Part shown: piece by piece, positions 15,001 to 27,500 of the stretch
Layout: each line of letters opens with the position of its first letter
How positions within the stretch are numbered: the stretch's first letter is position 1
From: Oculina patagonica
Lineage: Eukaryota
Length of the DNA: 64,000 nucleotides
Assembly: GCF_052425735.1 (NCBI RefSeq)
Contig: NC_135764.1
Location: forward strand, 31,744,001-31,808,000
Direction of reading: 5' to 3'
Made by a program: the position numbers and the translations under genes
The notes under the pieces: generated by a model
Databases searched by the model: none
What the model was told of the DNA's origin: nothing
The model's input: the letters and a program-made list of their open reading frames with translations, nothing else

Positions 15001-18000
15001 GCATGCAGAACAGAGGAAGGAAATACGGACGAACAGAGATATTGACAGGCAGATATTACGAACGTTATTTATACATAGTATTTCCACTCTGGATACAAAT
15101 ATTTTCCATTTATCACCTTCAGGGATTTCGTCGCCAAGCAGTTCACCAACCTTTGAAATGAGTTTCAGTATGGCGGTAGATCAAAGTACACCCACACTAC
15201 CTTCAGCGGGGTCTGTGGTGGCTTCATCATCCGTTTTGCTATCGTCGTCAGCTGCAGTTTCAAGCACGAAGATTAGTAGAAAACCTTCCGTTGTTTTGAG
15301 TTCCAGTCCCTCCACTGTAATAAGTTCTAATTTTTCTTCAAAGAGGTCTCTACTGGCTTCATCCTCCGCCATGGCGTCAACTTCAGTCGCTGTTTCAAGA
15401 AGCGCGATAAGGAGTTCGCCATCGGTGAGAATGAGTTCCAGTCTGGCAAAAAATCAAAGTACACTGTCATTGTCAAAAGCGAGGTCTGTGATGGGCTCAT
15501 CATCTGGAGTGCTCCTGTCGTCAGTCGCTGTTTTAAGCAGCGAGATTAGCAGTTCATCCATCGCAATGAGCTCCAGTCTGCCAATAGATCAAAGTACACC
15601 CGTATTGTCTTCAGCTAGGTCTGTCGTGGATTCATCATCCGCAAAGATTTCTTCGTCAATGGCTATATCAAGCAGGGAGATTAGCAGTGTAACATCCATT
15701 GTAATAAGTTCCATTTCGCCAACAGATCAAAGTACACCAACATTGTCTTCATCGAGGTCTCTCCTGTTTTCGTCATTCTCGCTGGTTTACTCGTCCATGG
15801 CTGTATCTGGCAGTGAGACAAGTAGTTTGCCATCGCGGAGAATTAGCTCCAGTCTGGCAATAGATCAAAGTTCAACTGCATTGTCTTCAGCGAGGTCTCC
15901 ATTGGCATCATCATCGGCAGTGGTGTTTTCATCAGTTAATGTATCCAGCAGTGCGATAAGCAGTTCGCCATCGACGAGAATGAGTTCCAGTCTGGTAAAA
16001 GATCAAAGTACACTTGTATTGTCGTCAGCGAGGTCTGTGGTGGTTTCATCATCTGCAGTGATTTCGTCCTCAGTGGCAGTTTCAAGCAGCGAGGTTAAAA
16101 GTTCTCCATCCATCAGAATAAGCTCCAATCTCACAATAGATCAAAGTACACCTTCATTATCATCAGCAAGGTCTTCGGTGGCTTCATTATCGGAAGTGGT
16201 TTCGTCGTCAGTCGCTGTTTCAAGCAGGCGGATTACCAGTTTACTATCCACTGCAATGAGCCCCAGTCTAGCAGTAGATAAAAGTACACTTGTATTGTCC
16301 TCGGCGACGTCTTTGCTGGTTTCATCATCTGCAGTCATCCCGCCGTCATTCGCTGTTTCAAGCAGCGAGATTAGCAGTTCATCATTCATTGCAATAAACT
16401 CCAGCCTGGGCGTAGATCAGAGTACGGCTGAATTGTCTTCACAGAGGTCTTTGATGGCTTCATCCTCCGCCACGGAGTTCACTTCAGTTGCTGTTTCAAG
16501 CAGTGCGATAAGGAGTTCGCTATCAGTGAAAATGAGTTCCAGTCTGGTAGTAGATCAAAGTACACCTGCATTGTCTTCAGTAAAATCTTTATTGGCTTCG
16601 TCATCTGTAGTGGTTCTTTCATCAGTTGCTGTTTCAAGCAGTGCGATAACGAGTTCGAGAATGAGTTCCAGCCTGGCAATAAATCAAAGTAGTCCTGCAT
16701 TGTCCTCAGCGAGGTCTGTGAAGCTCTCATCATCTGGAGTGATTCTGTCTTCAGTTGCTGTTTCAAGTAGGCAGATCAGCATTTCGCCATCCATCGTAAT
16801 GAGCTCAAGTTTGGCAGTAGATGAAAGTTCGCCTGTATTGTCTTCGACAAGTTCTGTGTTTTTGTCATCGTCTGCCGTGATTTCCGCGTCAGTCGCCATG
16901 TCTAGCAGGGAGATTAGCAGCTTAACATCCATTGTAACAAGTTCCATTCCGGCAACAGGTCAAAGTACTCGTCCATTGTCTTCAGGGAGGTCTCTGCTTG
17001 CTTCGTCATCCGCAGTGGTTCTTTCATCAGTAGCTGTATCAAGCAGTGAAATTATCAGTTCTCCTTTGACGAGAATGAGTTCCAGTGTTTCAATAGAACA
17101 AAGCATATCAGTATCGTCTACAGCAAGGTCTCTACTGGTTACATCATCCGAAGTAATTTCTTCGTCTGTCGCTGTTTCAAGCAGTGATATCAGTAGTTCA
17201 CGATCCATTGTAATGAGCGCTAGTCTGGCAAGTACATCGTCTTCATTGACGTCTGCGATTGTTTCATCATCTGCATTAGTTTTGTCATCAATTGCTACTT
17301 TAAGCAGCGAGAGAAGCAGTTTGCCATCGGTGAGAATGAGCTCCAGTCTGGCAACAGATCAAAGTACCGCTGCATTGTTCTCAACGGGTTCTTTGGTGGT
17401 TTCTTCATTTGGAGTTATTTCGTCTCTAACTGCAGTTTCAATCAGAGAGAAAAGTAGTTCGCCATCTTTGGAAGTGAGCTCCAGTGTGGATTCTTTGGCG
17501 ATTCATCCTACAAGTACGATCAGTTTGTCAGTCGTTTCGTCCTCTATTGGTAAGTTACTTCGCTGTTTTTTTTGTGTATTGAATGGAATTAAATATTATT
17601 TAAAAGAACTTATTACCATTTTGCATCCGGATTTCACTGGTTTTGTGTTTGATGAATTTTTTGAAATGTGACCTTGAATGAATCGTTCATCGAATATCTC
17701 TATTGAATATGTATTTGTTTCGTTTTCCTGAAACTTTTTGATGAATTTATTTAAAATGCTTGGGAAGACGACAGCTTTATTGACTATACTCCAAGGTCAT
17801 ATTTCTTTGTGGTTGAAGAGCTTGTGTATCATTGATATCACTGATAGATCTCTGCAGTATAGACTATCAACGACTCACATTAAGTTTTTGTTTCAGTCAT
17901 CAACGAGTGTGCCTCTTCACCATGCCGACCTGATCAAGTTTGTGAAGACTTAGTTGGAGATCACGTGTGTCGATGTCCTCCAGGAAAGTTTGAAAAAGAA

Positions 18001-19756
18001 AATAGCAACGCCTGTAAAGGTAAGAGTCTAAAGTGATTGTTGGAATGAGACTTCTATCTTTTATCATCCTACCGAGGAAAATTAGAATATTGCTTTATTC
18101 TGTCATAGGAGATATTAAATGGACAGTGACCGTAAGTATGCTGATACAGACAACCTGTTATTCGGTTCTTGTCTTGCAAGTTTTGAATAGAACGTAATTT
18201 GTTTTGATGTGACTAGAACTTGTCCACGATTGGTCACTATCGAACTAGTCAGATCGTTAATCTTTTCTGATTGATCCAACCAACCCGCACTTCTAGTTGT
18301 TTTTCAGTTGGTTATTGACCACGCGAGATGTGACGATATTGAATGACAAACTATGCAGCACGAAGATATCTAAAAAATTTCCTTGTACCTTCTGGTAATA
18401 CACGAGGGAAGGTACAAGGGAGTTTCATGTACATTGTGGTATAATACATATGCGAAGGTACATGGTAATTTCTATGTATCTTGTGGCAATAGATAAGACA
18501 AGTTCCTTGAAAATTTCTGTGTATGGTGTGACAATGAACAAGGTATATGTACATGGACTTATATGTACAAGTATCTTGTGGCAATACATAAAACTAGTTA
18601 CACGGAAATTTCCATGTACCTTGTGAAAGTAATTGAACAAGGTACATGGAAATGTCTCTGTATCTTGTGACAATACATACAACAAGGTACATGCAGATTT
18701 TCATGTATCTTTTGACAATACATAAAATAAGGTACATGGAAATATTCATGTAACTTGTGACAATGAATAAGAGGAGGTATAAGAAATTTCCACGCAACTT
18801 GTTGCAATTCTCAAGACAAGAAACGTGGGAAATTCTCTGTGCCTTTAAGCAGCACAGACGTAAAAGTACATGGAAAATGTCCATGCACCTTTTACAACTC
18901 GGGTGTACATAGTAATCTCGACCTGCTTGTATGCAGCACAGACGTCAAAGTACATGGAAAATTTCATTTACTTTTATGCAGCGCATATATAAAAGTACAT
19001 GAAAATTTCCATGTTGCATCACAGATGTGAAAATACCTAGCATTTTCGTGTACTTACTTGCAGTACGAAGGTAGACGAGAACGGAATTTTACTTGTTTCT
19101 TGACATTGTTTGGATTAAAGCCTCCTACCACGGAAAAATAGAATTAAGAATTCTATGTCATTTGCTTTTTGTTTAGGAAACTTTTACAACAAATTATCTT
19201 GTCTGAGAGACACTTTACTACAAAAAAGAGGGAGTGGTTAGTGATTATGGGAATGATTCTTTTATTGTTGATCGTTACATAATTGTCTGCTGTTTTGATA
19301 GGGTTTTGTGTTATGATGGCGCTACTGATAGAGTTTAAGTGCAATTTTCATTCCTAGGAAAAGCTCTTTGTTCCCTTAAGAAGTACAAATCGTGTCATGT
19401 ATTTTTCAAACGATGATAAGTGTACTGAGAAAAGGCCGCGGTAAGCAGATATATCGTAAATCTTTATCTAGTCATGTGAATTGCTAACGGAATCGATTTG
19501 TTCGTGTGAATGGTGAGGTTTATTTATCTTATGCTCATGCCTAGTGAAAGACCAGTCCGTTACTATTAAAGTTGTTTTACCGTTATATTTGTGCAGCCGT
19601 CGAAGTTTATCAAGGATCTTTCAAAATAACTGGTGGGAACTTCTCAACATACACTCCGGCACTGGCGGATGAAAAATCTCCTGAATATAAAGAGTTGGCT
19701 AACAAAGTTATTACAGCGGTAAGGAACTGGCTTTTGTAATAATTTTCTTTAATAAA

Positions 19757-19798
<42 letters not shown>

Positions 19799-21505
19799 TT
19801 TAATATTTATATTGCCTTTTTCTATAAAAATATTCAAAAAAGCATTATAATAATTATTATTAAAATAAAATTAAAAAAATAAAAAAAAAAAAATAAATTT
19901 AAAATAATAATATTTATAATTAAAATTTAAAAAAGAAAGAAAAAAAAAAAAAAAAAAAAAAAATAAAAAAAAAAATATAATAAAAAAATAAAAAAATAAA
20001 AATTTAGGGGGAAAAGGATGTGCCCAGGTACCTACAATAGTAAGCTCTGAAAAAAAGGGTTCGAATCTATGACCTATGAACTTCCACACATCGAACGCGC
20101 TTACCTTCAAAGTACAGAGAAACGCCTGTGTAACTAGGCTATTTTGTAAAAATTACTCTTTAAATAGCCTAAATATGTATCTTTTCACTGTACAGGTTGA
20201 CGAAGTCTACGACAAATCAGAACTGGCTTCAATTTACCAAGGATGTGAGATTCGGGAATTTAGGTACTGAGGAACACACAATCAATGTCTTTGGTTTTCA
20301 TTATATCTTAATTTTCTGTGTATTTTCTGATTAAAGAATATTGTGATTTTAAAAACTTCAGCAACGTCTGGTTGCGTTCTCTATAGTATTTCTTGTATAA
20401 CACAATGTCGCGTTTCTTGTTGAGAAATATTTTTATAAACTTAGAATTAGTCAGTGTAACCCAGCAATTAGTAAAACTGTTAACCGTAAAGCATAAAAAT
20501 ATCTCGTTTAACGACGCGACTCAATCTATTTACAGGCAAGGCAGTGTAGTTGCTGATTTTGTTGTCAATTTTCAACCAACTGGTAATGCAAGTGTGCTAC
20601 CAACAGCAGAGAAGGTTCTTAACGAAAGCGTGACTCAGCCCCAGAACACATCGAGCTTTGGAGATTTGCAAATTGATCCAGCGTCTGTTATACTAGACGG
20701 TAAGAAACTACTAGCTTAGTAGTTCATCTGATGAAACGATGCTGAAGAAATGTACAGTACATTAAATTGAAAATTTTTATCTGCCTACTTTACTGGCAAC
20801 TGTCTGCCTAATACACACATATAATATCTCTTATATCCCATAAATTATTTTGTTAGTCAGCAAAATGGTCCACGATGGAAAGGAGCATCCTGATTGGTTC
20901 CCTGAGCGGTCCAAAGTTTGCGATACGGACCGCGAAGATAAGAAAGAACTCAATGGAAAGAACTTGAACAATATTTTCCCAATATGGACTTCACGCAACT
21001 AATAAAGTCTATATTTATCACACAACAAGATCGTCCATATTCCTTCGAAGACGTTTTAACTTTCCTTTTATTGTAGATCGCGACGAATGTCAAAATGGAA
21101 GCGCCAATGACTGTGATAAAAATGCTATCTGTAACAACACTGTTGGATCATTTGAATGCTTTTGTAAGGAAGGGTTCACTGGGAATGGAAGAACATGTCA
21201 AGGTAACAATCACAACAAATTAAAAGCTAACTTTTGATTTACCTTGCAAGCAATAATTATTCTAAACAGGCATCAATGTGCTTGACTAGGGCTTCGTGTA
21301 ATGCCAGCCACGCTGGTATGCAGAGACTTTTTGCGTGAGTTGATTGGATCAACACCATCCTTTGACCTAGACGAGATTTGAAACCCATCTTCCTGTGCCA
21401 TACTGTTTGATTTTCAATTAAAAAAGGGTACAAATGTAATATATAGTAGACACAGACAGAAACAAGAAAAACGGACTGAGAAACCAAAGGAGACACAGAC
21501 AAACC

Positions 21506-21537
<32 letters not shown>

Positions 21538-24500
21538 CAACGAAGGGCGAAAATAGGAAGAACAAGGGTATGGACAGGCAGATATTTGAAAGACAGATAT
21601 CGATAGAGTAAGTTACTAACATAATTTATACAAAGTATTTCCATTCTGGATACAAATATTTTCCATCTATCCTCTGCAGTGATTTCGTCGTCCGTTGCTA
21701 TATCAAGCAGTTCACCAACCAGTCTGGCGGTAGATCAAAGTACACCCACATTGCCTTCAGCGGGGTCTGTGTTGGTTTCATCAACCGTTATGCTACCGTC
21801 GTCAATTGCTGTCTCAAGCACCAAGATTAGCAGTACACTTTTCACTGTTATGAGCCCCAGTCTGGTAATAGATAAAAGTACACCTGTATTGTCTTCAGCT
21901 AGGTCTGTGGTCGTTTCATCATCCGCAATGATTTCTTCGTCAGTTACCATATCAAGCAGTGAGATTAGCAGTTTAACATCCGTTATAAAAAGTTCCAGTC
22001 TGGCAATAGATCAAAGTACAACTGCATTGTCTTCAGCGAGGTCTCCGATGACATCATTATCGGTAGTGGTTTTGTCATCAGGTACTGTATCAAGCAGTGC
22101 GATAAGCAGTACGCGATCGACGAGAATGAGTTCCAGTTTGGGAATTAATCAGAGTACACCTGTATTGTCTTCAGCGAGGTCTGTGGTGGTTTCATCAACT
22201 GCAGCGATTTTGTCGTCAGCCGCTGTTACAAGCAGCGAGATTAGCAGTTCAGCTTCCATTGCAATGAGCCCCAGTGTAGCAGATGATAAAAGTTCACTTG
22301 CATTGTCTTCAGCGACGTCTTTGCTGATTTCATCATCAGCGGTAATTTCGTCGTCAGTTGCTGTTTCAGGCAGTGAGACTGGCAGTTCACCATCTATTGC
22401 AATGAGCTCCAGCCTAGGAGTAAACCAAAGTACGGCTGTATTGTCTTCAGAGAGGTATCTGCTGGCTTCATCCTCCGCAGTGGTGTCGACTTCAGTTGCT
22501 GTTTCAAGCAGTGCCATAACGAGTTCCGCATCGGTGAAAATAAGTTCCAGTCAGGCAAAAGATCAAAGTACATCTACATTGTCTTCGGCGAGGTCTCCGT
22601 TGGCATCATCATCGTCGGTAGTGGTTGTGTCATCAATTGCTATATCAACCACTGCGATAAGCAGTTCGCCATCGACGAGAATGAGTTCCAGTGTCGCAAA
22701 AGATCAAACTACACTTTTATTGTCTTCAGTGAGGTCTGTGGTGGGTTCGTCGTCTGTAACTGTTTTAAGCAGCAAGATTAGTAGTTCACCATCCATCACA
22801 ATAAGCCCCAGTCTGGCATCTTCATTGTCTTCAGTGAGGTCTTTGCTGGCTTCATCATCTGAAGTCGTTACGTTGTCAATCGCTGTTTCAAGCAAGAAGA
22901 TAACCAGTTTACCATCCATTGCAATGAGCCCCAGTCTAGCAGTAGATAACAGTACACTTGCATTGTCTTCCGCAACGTCTTTGCTGGTTTCATCATCTGC
23001 GGTGATTTCATCATCAGTCGCTGTTTCAAGCAGCGGGATAAGCCGTTCACCATCCATTGCAGTGAGTTCCAGCCTAAGACTAGACCCAAGTACGCCTGCA
23101 CTGTCTTCAGCGAGGTCTCTGTTGCCTTCGTCATCCGTAGTGGTTTTTTCATCAGTTGCTGTATCAAGCAGTAAGATAAGCAGTTCGCCATCAGTGAGAA
23201 TGAGTTCCAGTCAGGCAATAAATCAAAGTACACCTGCATTGTCGTCAGCCAGGTCTGTGATGGGTTCATCATCTGGAGTGATTCTGTCGTCAGTTGCTGT
23301 TTCAAGTAGGCAGATCAGCATTTCACCATCCATCGTGATGAACTCCACTTTGGCAGTAGATGAAAGTACAGCTACATTGTCTTCAGCTAGTTCTATGCTT
23401 TTATCATCATCTGCAGTGATTTCCTCGTCAGTCACCGTTTCTAGCAGGGAGATAAGCAGTTCAACATCCATAGTATTAAGTTCCAGTCTGACAACAGGTC
23501 AAAGTACGCCTCCATTGTCTTTAGCGAGGTCTTCGCTGGCTTCGTCATCCACAGTGTTTTTACCATCCGTAGTTGTATCTAGCAGTGAGATGATCAGTTC
23601 GCCATCGGTGAAAATAAGTTCCAGTGTGGCAATAGATAAAACTTCGTCAGCATTGTCTTCAGAGAGGTCTCTGCTGGTTTCTTCGTCTTCAGTGATTTCG
23701 TCGGCAGTTGCTGTTTCAAGCAGTTCACCATCTATAGTAATTAGCTCCAGTCTTGCAGTAGATGAAAGTACACGTGTATTTTCTTCAGCTACGTCTTCAT
23801 CTGTAGTGATTGCTTCGTCAGTTGCTTTATCAAGCAGGGAGATTACCAGTTCACCATCCATTTCATTAAGTTCTACTCTGGCACAAGAGGAAAGTACATC
23901 TCCGTTGTCGTCGGCGAGATCTTTGCGGACTTTATCATCCTCGGTAATTTTGTCAGCATTTCCTGTTTCAAGCAGTGTGATGAGCAGTTCACCATCGACG
24001 AGAATGAGTTCCAGTGTGCCAATGGATCAAAGTACGCTTGTATTGTCTTCAGTGAGGTCTGTGGTGGTGTTATCATCTGCGGTGATTTCGTCGTCAATCG
24101 CTGTTTCAAGCAGTGCGATTAGCAGTTCACTTCCCGTTGCAAAGAGCTCCAGCCTGGGAGTAGATCAAAGTACAACTGTATTGTCTTTAACGAGGTCTGT
24201 AGTGGTTTCATCATCTGCACTGATTTCGTCGTCAGTCGTTGTTCCCAGCCGTGCGATTAGCAGTTCACTTCCGATTGCGATGAGCTCCAGGCTGGGAGTA
24301 GATCAAAGTACACCTGCATTGTCTTTAACGAGGTCTGTGGTAGTTTCATCCTCCGCCGTGGTTTCGACTTCAACTACTGATTCAAGCAGTGTGATAACCA
24401 GTCCGTCATCATTGAAATCTGGAGTGTTTTTTTCGTCAGCTGGTGTTTCAAGAAGTAGCGAGATTAGCAGTTCACCATCCATTGTAATGAGCTCCAATCT

Positions 24501-27500
24501 GGCAATAGATCAAAGTACGCGTGCCTTGTCTTCAGTTACATCTCCGTTGGCCTCGTCACCCGCAGTGGTTTTCTCATCAGTAGCTGTATCAAGCAGTGAG
24601 ATAATCAGTTCGCCATCGGTGAGAATAGGTTCCAGTCTGGCAACAGATCAAAGTACAGCTGCGTTGCCTTCTGTGAGCTCTGTATCTGCTGTTTCTACCA
24701 GGGAGATAAGTAGTTTGCCATCTTTGGGAAGGAGCTCCAGTGTCGATTCTTTGGCGATTAGTCCTTCAAGTACGATCAGCTTGTCAGTCGTCTCGTCCTC
24801 TGTTGGTAAGTTTGCCATTATTGTTGTTGTTTTCAATGGAAAATAAAATTGTTTAGAGGAACGATATAACCATGTTACAGCCGAATTTTACTGGTTTTGT
24901 AGTTGATGAAATGTTGACCCTGCTGAAGGAATCTGACATTGAATATCTTCATTGAATATACATTTGATTTCGTTTTCTGGAAACATTTTGATGAATTTAT
25001 TTTAAATGCTTGGGACGATGACAGTATTATTATCTAAGGTCATATTTCTCTGTGTTGTGTGTCATTGATAGCTTTGATCAAAGATCTGTTCGGTATAGCC
25101 CGTCAACGTCTCACAATAAGTGTTTGTTTCAGTCGTTAACGAGTGTGCCTCCTCACCATGCCGTCCTGATCAAGATTGTGAAAACTTGGTTGGAGATCAC
25201 GTGTGTCGATGTCCTCCGGGGAAGTTTGAAAAAGAAAATAGCAACGTCTGTGAAGGTAAGTATAAAAAGGATTCTTCTATCGTCCACCGTCCTATTTAAG
25301 GAGGCTCGATGTAGTTTTTTTAGCCGAAGGGTGGTTGTTTTGAAAATTAAAATTACCTAGGAAGCCAATGTTCGATTTTTGCCAAAATACACCATAATGA
25401 TCAAATGTGACCAAATTTTAATTTTTTACCCGTCACTTAGTCACAACGGTTACCATAGCAACGATTGACGTTTTCTTTTGTTCTCAAACAAGCTTGATTT
25501 TCTCGAAATCTAGACTGACACTTGGTGTTTATTTTTTGATATGTTAAAGTTTAGTAGATTGACTACCTGTTGAAGAAATTTTAGAAAAATCTGTAAGAGC
25601 GTTTTCAAGTAAATCAAGAATGAAATTTTCAGAAAAACACCGTTTTAATATAAAATAGGCGCCTTAAAATTGTTTCGTATTATTTGAGCACAGTTTCTCT
25701 CACTGAAATATACATACTTACACCATCAAAGACCATTAACTAAAAGAGAAAGACTTTTTGCTTTAATTTGTTAAAATATATCGACTGCCGATTGTAAGAA
25801 ATTATAAGAAAATACCAAAAACTTCATTCTTGATTTACTCTAAAACGCTCTTACAGATTTTCCTAAAATTTTGAGCACAGGTAGTAAATCTACTGTACTT
25901 GAACATATCAAAAAATGAATACCAAGTGTCAGTCTGGATTTCGAGAAAATCAAGCTTGTTTGAGAACAAAAGAAAACGTCAATGGTTGCTATGGTAACCT
26001 TTGTGACAAAGTGACGTGTAAAAAATTAAAATTTGGTCATATTTGATCATTATGGTGTATTTTGGAAAAAATCGAACATTGGCTTCCTAGATAATTTTAA
26101 TTTTCAAAACAACCACCCTTCGGCTAAAAAAACTACATCGAGCCTCCTTAAAGTGTTAAAATAGAAACGGACTCCCTTGAAAGAGGCATTGTGACTACAG
26201 GCTGCTTGTGATCGAGTTATAGCGCAACTTTGCTTCCAGATGAAGCTCTTTGTCCCCTTTAGAGGTGTAAAACATGTGATGCATTTTTCATGTGTCTGAT
26301 AGGTGTATCAAGAAAGGCCATGATATTAAGCAGATATTTCATACATTTTTGGCGATTTTGTAGTTGAGTTAATCTAGCCAAGTGTATTGCTGAATCGATT
26401 TTCGTGTGAACGTGAATGTTCACTTGTTTTACGGGCATGTCCAGGGTGGGACCAAGCTCTTTATATTAAAGATATTTTACTCTTATATTTGTGCAGCCAT
26501 CGACGCGTATCAAGGATCTTTCAAAATAACTGGAGGGAACTTTTCAAAATACACTCCAGAACTGGCGGACGAGAAATCTCCCGAATACAAAGAGTTGGCT
26601 AACAAAGTCATTTCAGCGGTAAGGAAACTGGCTTGTTCAATAATTTTTGTTTTTCCCCTATAGTAGATTGCTGCTTTTCTTGGAGAGAGAGTCACTTCAT
26701 CATCATATGGTTCAGCATAAAAATTATAAAATGAAAACAAAGAAAACGCTCTTCTAGATTGAAGACCCAATGCGGTAAATGAACAGAGGAAGAATAGCAA
26801 GAACAAAAGCAAAAAAAAAATTCCGTAAAGAAAGTAGAGTCGAAAGTACAGATCCAGAGTCCCCGATAATGTTAAAGCCTTTGTTCTTCTGCACATCTAG
26901 CAAATTAGCTGCAGAGTATTCCTGGTGAGCCAATTCAGTTTATAAAATATGTAAAATTCTTCATTAAAAAACCTTTATTTTATCTTTCTCTCTGCAGGTG
27001 GACGAGGTCTACAACAAATCAGAACTGGCTTCAATTTACCAAGGGTGCGAGATTCGGGGATTTAGGTACTGAGGAACACGCTATAGATGTCTTTAGTTAC
27101 CAAAATACCATATCATCTCTGACAAAATGACATTGTGATCACCAACCTAGTATTTAGGCTCCTCTCTTGTTTCGTCAACCACACGAAGTCTGAAACTGGG
27201 GGTCTCGTTATCCGCGCGAAGTCTGCGTTGGGAGTAGGCGAGAGAACTCACTGTGAGTCCTATCCCGTGACGTCTCCGATTCGAGTAGAGTCTAGGCTTA
27301 AATGAGCCGAGAACGCCAAGGGGCCAGGCTGGTGATTGACCATATTGTACCATGGTCGGGTTGTGTCCCTTATGTTGATTGCATAATTTCGCGTTTCCGT
27401 TTACTATAATATTTTATGCTACTTAGAATAAGTCTTGTTACAGTTTAATGATCAAAGTTATAACCCACCAAGCATTTATGACTGTTTTCTGATGCACGTT

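Noticed and set aside
18351-19030. Cys/His-rich ORFs over the palindromic array
   Set aside because: Products of the repeat periodicity in several frames; no splice or domain support.
18360-19055. CRISPR array
   Set aside because: The linkers are only ~12 nt and resemble each other, the repeats are degenerate, there are no cas genes, and the context is a eukaryotic intron.
512-24836. Acidic minus-strand ORFs ([23 protein letters not shown]...) resembling coral acid-rich skeletal proteins
   Set aside because: They are antisense shadows of the Ser-rich repeat: they stop in nearly every unit, and all splice signals and flanking domains are on the plus strand.
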